DNA from: Klebsormidium nitens
Taxonomy: Eukaryota; Plantae; Klebsormidiophyceae
Direction: 5' to 3'
NCBI GenBank assembly: GCA_000708835.1
Contig: DF237164.1
Coordinates: 1 to 64,000 of the forward strand
Length of the DNA stretch: 64,000 bases
The translations under genes and the position numbers were made by a program. Below the pieces are notes generated by a model, which was not told the DNA's origin, searched no databases, and saw only the letters and a program-made list of their open reading frames with translations. Shown here one piece after another: positions 58,201 through 64,000 of this stretch (positions are counted from its first letter, which is position 1; each line of letters begins with the position of its first letter).

Positions 58201-61200
58201 TATCTTGGTAGACTCTTGTCACCAAAGGAGAGCGTGACTGCCACTTCAAAACTGTTCTCGCTCCGTTCACGAGCACTCCCCCTGCCAGGATCTCGGGAAC
58301 GCGCAGATCGCCCACGTTAACATGCAGCATTCGCTGCTTCTCAATTGATTCGACTTGTGGGAAACTTCCATCATCAAGGGAGCACGACCGCCAACTCGAA
58401 GCATTTCTCACCCCGCCTTCAAAACGCGAGCACGCCCCTTGCCAGGACGTTGCAATAACGCACTTCCAGAATTTCACTTCAGATTTAGTACTTCTCAATA
58501 CAGCTTCAGATTGTGGTCGACATCCACCGTCACAGCTCGAGGAATCTTTTCCCCTCTGAGATTTTCGAGCACTTCCCCTGGCAGGACGTCGCTAACGCGC
58601 GGTTCGCCCACGTGACCTACACCGAGGCGGTGGACATACTGCTGAAGGCGAAAAAGAGTTTCGAGTTCCCGGTCAAGTGGGGCGCAGACTTGCAAAGCGA
58701 ACACGAACGGTACCTCACGGAAGTGGTGTTCAAGGGACAACCCGTTATCGTGACCGACTATCCAAAGGTAAACCTTTACTACAATTGACTTGTCTCGTAA
58801 GGTCCTGGTCTTTTACAAATGTTATTGCATCGTCCTCTTTGTCGCAGTGTTCTATGTACGTGACGTGTTGCTGCTGATATATGCGGAGCTGGTCTGAACA
58901 AGGAGAAGAAGCTTTTGAGAGAATTTGGTCCCAAGGGTCAACCCTTGAGACCCTGATCAAGGAGTGGTTGAAATCTACAGTCTCCTTCGTCTGTAATGAC
59001 TCAAGGACCAATTTTTGCGAGCTATGACCTAGTCAGAGCGTGACCGAGTCGAGGTCCCTGGTCGGGAGCAATGTCAGAGAGCGATGCAAAAGTGGCTCGT
59101 GTGCGTTTAATCGCCTCAGACGACTCCGGCCTAAGTTTTCTTGGAAGCGTCCACTTTAGAATATGCTTTCATATACCAACATTCAAGATGCGCCCTTCAG
59201 CCAGCCCGTCCCCACCTGCCGCTCCTTTCTGTTTCCCCTCTTCCGGCCCCTCTCCCTTCCGGCTCACCGTCCTCTTCCGCCCACCATCGCACAATGCCCG
59301 TCCTCGCTCTCTCGTAGTCTGCTCCTTTTGGTTTTCCCTAGCCCGTTAATACTGTCAGATTTGTTTGGACCCTCCCGACTCGTTCAATCGTACTGTTCTC
59401 AACCCGCGTGATTCTACTTCTCTCAAATCCGTTCCATTCATGTGTACGCATATGCCTCGTTCCGCTGCCTTCTGTTCGATTGCCCCTTGCCCGCTCACTT
59501 TGATCTGGCCGCTTTCCCCGCAGGAAATCAAGGCGTTTTACATGCGAGAAAACGACGACGGCAAGACGGTTGCGGCCATGGACGTACTAGTTCCTGGGGT
59601 AACTTTCGAAATTGCTTGCTTCCACATGTTCGGAATGCTTTCGGACGAAATGCTTGTCTTCCTGCGAAATGGGTCCGAGCGTCTGCAATGAGACACTGGT
59701 GGGTGAGGAACACAGGCGGCCGGCAGAAACGAAATAGTAGACGCGGGTTTGCTGGATCTCTCCCACTGGTCGGGAATCCGGAAGAAGTGCTGTAGAAGGC
59801 GAGACGCTCGCTGGTGGCCTGCTCCCGCTCAAACGCTGATTTTGGTTCGACAAAGCAACCGGCGCTCTGTGTAGCAAATTCGGCTCAGCCCAGAGTACAG
59901 TGCCCAGTCAGAAGTTATGCACTGTTGGCTTGAGAGGAGGGCTTTCGTCCCTCTCGAAAGCTGTCGTTGCGCCTTGGTGACGTCTGTCAATGGATGCCTT
60001 TGTCGAACTTGTTGTTCAAGCGTGCAGCTCATCCTTAGCACTGCAACTCTGTGTGTTAAGATCCTGTGAAAGGCAAGTAAACGGCGTAAGATTGATGGTG
60101 AACGGAGACTCATGCGAAGGGTGCCACTGTCTTTCACTTAATCTGCTTCTTACTTTAATTCTGTTTTTCCGATCCTTCAGGTTGGCGAGTTGATCGGAGG
60201 TAGCCAACGCGAGGAGCGGCTCGAGGTAAGGCCCTCTCTCTGTTTGTCAGGCCGAAAAGTTGATCCGGGAGAAGGGGGGGTGTTGCCAAGGTCATTTAAG
60301 GGGAAGTTGAATCGTCGAACAAGGGGGAGGAAGAGAAAGGAGGAAAAAAAGGAGGAGCGGAAGAAAGCTAAGTTAGCCTTGCAAAGTCCTCGCATTGGGG
60401 GACGTTGGTCTCCTTGGAGGCTCGAACCAAGTAAATTTCGACCCCGAAGATCTGAAGCCCTGATTTATATCGAACTCAAGAAAGATAATAATAAGCCGAG
60501 ATAAGATATAGTAACCGCACTAGGAAGGCTAGGGTTAAGATGGTGGATAGGGTGGGTACGGGTGCAGAGCGGGTATCGTTTTGGGTTATGTAGTTAAGGT
60601 TAGTCGGAGCTTATCATCATCTTGGCTTCTTATTATCCTTGTTGAGTTTCATTCCTTTTTAAGACGCCCTGTCGTCTGGTGAAACTTCAAAGCAGGATAA
60701 CAGATGCAGTGTCTTTGTTTTCCTTTTTGCATGTTGTGGATTTTCGCGGTGTGAAGCTACATGGGGAACGTGATTGTGGTGCCGATCATCAACGTGGGAA
60801 GGCAATGTCCAAACGATCCTCGCTTCAACTTCCGCGTGTATGAAGGCTAGAACGGGGAAGTGGAGCTGAATGGTCGGGTTTTGCTGTACAGGTTCTCGAA
60901 AAGAAGCTAGAGGATTTCAAGCTGGAGAAAGAGGCCTTCTGGTGGTACTTGGACCTGAGAAAGTACGGGTCAGGTAAGCTGCATCGGTTTGAACTCTTTG
61001 CAATCTTGTGTGACGGCTGGATTCCAACCGACACACAAATGGTTGCAGTACAAGCATGATATGTGCAGGAGGAGAGTAGAAACGGTTTGATAACCTCAAG
61101 CAGTTGGTTAGTCTTTGTGCCCTGAGTGAGGCTGGCGTATCTCTTGGCAAGGTCGGAATGTTTTCAGAGGGTTCCATCAATGAACGTGGCTCTATCCGAA

Positions 61201-61359
61201 GCAAGAAGCGCTAACACTCTTTTGCTGATTCTCATGTTTGCAGTACCACATGCCGGATTCGGCTTGGGTTTCGAACGGTTGGTTCAATATGTGACGGGGG
61301 TTGAGAACATTCGAGACGTAATAGCCTTTCCACGCGCGCCAGGTTTAGTAGATTTCTAG
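52247..61359 (+). CDS. SYNO: Asparaginyl-tRNA synthetase, organellar (plastid/mitochondrial) type
   Basis: Fifteen exons (52247-52714, 53105-53173, 53550-53660, 54410-54517, 55152-55289, 55824-55889, 56281-56358, 56810-56878, 57312-57386, 57718-57822, 58585-58767, 59524-59598, 60181-60225, 60892-60973, 61244-61359) give 595 aa in frame. Motifs: [82 protein letters not shown]. Long Ser/Arg-rich transit-like N-terminus. Confidence 0.97.
53620..53830 (+). repeat. Three ~70-bp copies of AsnRS exon-3 end plus donor
   Basis: CAGAAAGTGGAGCT.AAAGCCACAAAGCTGAC..TG|GTAAGT with donors at 53661 (true) and 53731. A third decayed copy starts at ~53760. Confidence 0.92.
58110..58630 (+). repeat. Four degenerate copies (139-162 bp) of AsnRS exon-11 acceptor plus exon start
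   Basis: CCCC..GCCAG|GA at 58127, 58289, 58446 and true 58585. The copies retain parts of GCGCGGTTCGCCCACGTGAC and share GCTTCTCAA..TTGTGG downstream. Confidence 0.8.
60473..60648. repeat. Imperfect 30-bp inverted repeat in AsnRS intron 13 (decayed MITE or RNA stem)
   Basis: 60473-60502 matches the reverse complement of 60619-60648 at 26/30 positions (hand count), with a 116-bp spacer. No TSD seen. Confidence 0.65.
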
Positions 61360-62684
61360 CACAGACACACGGACTCGGAAGAAAATGGCAAGTTCTTCCG
61401 ATTGAATGGGCGCATTTGGTGGTGCCGGCCTCCAGTTGAACATAGTATCTCATTTGCAGTCCCCATTCTGCAATTACGTTCAATGGACCTAAAGGTCTTT
61501 TTGTGCATAGCTAGCGCGTGCATAGTGGATTCATTGGAAGCCGGGCGTCAGCATTGCATGCGATTGCATATATTTGGAGCCCTTAGGACCAAAGCGCACT
61601 GTTGTCGAACTTGCACAAGATGCCGATTGAAGGCTTCGCTGATGCATGCGATATTCAGTGAGAACGCTCTTGAGTCTGATTTGGCCGTGGTTTCAGAGAT
61701 CAGGATCCGAGATTTACGAGGTGCACATAGCCTTTGCGCGTCAGTCCGACTTACCTACAGGCTACCTATAAAGTGACAGGATTCACTTCTACACTCGGAT
61801 ATCTTATGACAGTGAACGATCTGGTATAAGCTTCGCTGGGGAATAGCTTAGATAGGCTATCGGAACCTATAATTGCGGCGGCCTCTGGTCTGCCTGGATA
61901 TTCAAAACCTGCCGGGAAAAGATCGGCGTATCGACGGTTGCGTTGCTTCAAAAGTCACGATTTTGTCGGATCGACGGATGCTGTTCATCCGCTTTTGCTT
62001 CGCCAATCATGAAGTGAAGATCAAATCTCCAAACTGAAAGGTCTTTCGGCTGTCACAGTTTCTCGCAAGGAAAGCACAGAGACGTTCCCTGAGCCGATCA
62101 ACCTGCCAGTTTGCTTGTCGAAAGCGCCCGGTATGAAGTACACCGACTTGAGTTGAAAAGCACCAGCGGAGTGAAACCACGCTTAGGAATCAGTTGACTA
62201 TCGCCATCCAGTGTGACGTGTTACGCAAGACCCAGAGTTCGACGCGTCCCCGGTAGGTACCAGGTACGATACCGTGGATTGCAACAGCCTGGTCATGATT
62301 GGCGGCGAGATTTGGTGACGCATTCACGGCTGCACGTGATCCAGAACTGATATGAGAGGTGACACCTGCGGCAGTCTGCAACACACACGATCCGCAGGGA
62401 GGAAGAAGAAACTCGAGAGGGACTTCTTTGGAAGAGAACGTGCGCTCTTCAACGGCAGGGAGGGCAGGCGGGAAGGCGCTCGTCCGCCTCGCCAACGGTC
62501 GTCTGCGCTGCTTGGAAATGGTTCCAGCCCTCGCAGGCTGCCCCAAGGCTGGTCGAGTTGCGAAGCCCCTGCTCTCTGCTCGGGGCCTGAATAGAAGAAG
62601 TCATTTTCCCAATACAAAAGCAAGGGTTGGAGCTGCGTTCAGATGTTCCTGTTGGGGGTTTGAGGCAGTTCTTCAGCAGACAGG

Positions 62685-63583
62685 ATGTCGAGCAAAAGCT
62701 TGACGCGGGTGGCGAGCCAGACCCGATTGGGGGTGGGAGTGGCCGCCAAGTGTTGCAAGGATGACCGTCGAATTGAGTACAGCCCCCCCTCCCCGCTCTT
62801 TCCGCTCTTTCTAGTTGCTGTCTGTTCTATCATCTATCTCCTCCGCAACACGCCTGCAGTGCCCTTTCTTCTGTGGTTCCTTCCTGAGAAACCAGACGCG
62901 AGAAGCTGGGGCGAGCTAGCGGCGGTTGTTCTTCTCTTAGCAGGGGTTGTCCTTGTCCTCCGGGCCGCAGTCCCGTCCCTTCGATTGTCCCTCGCTCGGA
63001 AGAAGAATGCATCTGAGAAGGGGAGCGGAAAGCAGCTGCTGCTTCCCACTAGCTTAGCCCCCCACTCCGGAAAGAAACTGCACCAAGCCAAGATTCTAGC
63101 GTCCTCCACTGCAGTGTCCCCAGACATTGACCTTGCAAAACCCCTCCTAGCAAACAGTGCCCAAGCGTCCTCTCCGACCGGGAGCGAAAAGAGCCGCGCC
63201 CTTGCGAAGGCTACAGGGTGTGGTGTGCACAGTTACAGCAATGGGGACAGATACGAGGGGGAGTTCTATCAGGGAAGGTGCGCGGGTAATGGCGTGTATT
63301 ATTTTGCCATGAGCGGGCGCTACGAGGGCGAGTGGATCGACGGCAAGTATGATGGGTATGGCGTTGAAACGTGGTCTCGGGGGAGTCGGTACAGGGGCCA
63401 GTACAAGGAAGGGTTGCGAGACGGGCATGGGGTGTACCGATTCTACACAGGTGACGTGTATGCCGGGGATTGGAGCAAGGGGCAGAGCCATGGAGTGGGA
63501 ATGCAAACATGCGCGGATGGGAGCAGATACATTGGGGACTTCCAGTGGGGGGTAAAGCACGGGTTTGGGCGATACCATTTCAG
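62685..63583 (+). CDS. MORN-repeat membrane protein, first exon (gene continues beyond it)
   Basis: Two hydrophobic N-terminal segments, then serial MORN repeats (YSNGDRYEGEFYQGRCAGNG, YEGEWIDGKYDGYG, YRGQYKEGLRDGHG, YAGDWSKGQSHGVG, YIGDFQWGVKHGFG). Donor AG|GTGATT at 63584. Confidence 0.9.
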
Positions 63584-64000
63584 GTGATTGGTGCAGCCTT
63601 CGTTCTTGCATTATCTCGCTCTGAGGAAGACCACTGCTTTGTGGGCGGTAGTTCTTGCGTAATGGAAGTCATTGATCAAAGCACCCTGAGGTGCTGTCAT
63701 TTGTGATGGCTTGGACTTTTGTGGAGCCGCTCGGGTGTCATCAGCATGCATTGCAGCGCGCCATGCTTGACTAGGCCGCATGTTTCATCTTTCCGCCTGT
63801 ACGTTTGCATGAGGGGGAAAACTTTTCTAGCATTGCCGGGAAGTAGTGAACGACTTTCTCCCCGGTTTGGAGCATCTTGCTTTGCAAGAAAGTGTTCAGA
63901 AGGGGTGCATTTTCATTTTTACTTACAGCTGCTAAGGTGGAAAACATGTTGGGTGTCATCGGTTCCTTCCGATGACTGCTGTCTGATTGCAGCTTCTGCC

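Noticed and set aside
60190-60504. Lys/Glu-rich ORF
   Set aside because: It starts in AsnRS exon 13 and reads through the GT donor into a purine-rich intron.
1-64000. tRNA, rRNA, snRNA or snoRNA genes
   Set aside because: No cloverleaf or T-loop signature was seen by eye, and isolated TGATGA hexamers lack supporting D boxes and stems. A tRNAscan-SE or Infernal run would be needed to exclude them.

Overview
Eukaryotic, intron-rich, GC-rich nuclear DNA. Gene set, intron style and family content suggest a streptophyte green alga such as Klebsormidium (inference, not verified). The first ~12.6 kb is a transposon/pseudogene zone: a decayed KDZ/CxC-type transposase, a 1.1-kb TIR element next to its disrupted 3' end, and several repeat families. 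The rest holds conserved spliced genes whose exons I could assemble by hand in continuous frame: CDKAL1 tRNA methylthiotransferase (+, 9 exons), signal peptidase SEC11 (-, 6 exons), a group E bZIP (+, 4 exons), a CsgA-like short-chain dehydrogenase (-, 8 exons, one GC-AG intron), organellar Asn-tRNA synthetase (+, 15 exons) and the first exon of a MORN-repeat protein. Between these lie lineage-specific genes: two trypsin-like protease loci, ankyrin genes and an intronless Dabb gene of bacterial appearance. The most striking unexplained signal is a recurring 'splice-junction echo'. At six or more exon borders in three conserved genes, the splice site plus the adjacent exon end is repeated 2-4 extra times as decayed tandem copies inside the neighbouring intron.
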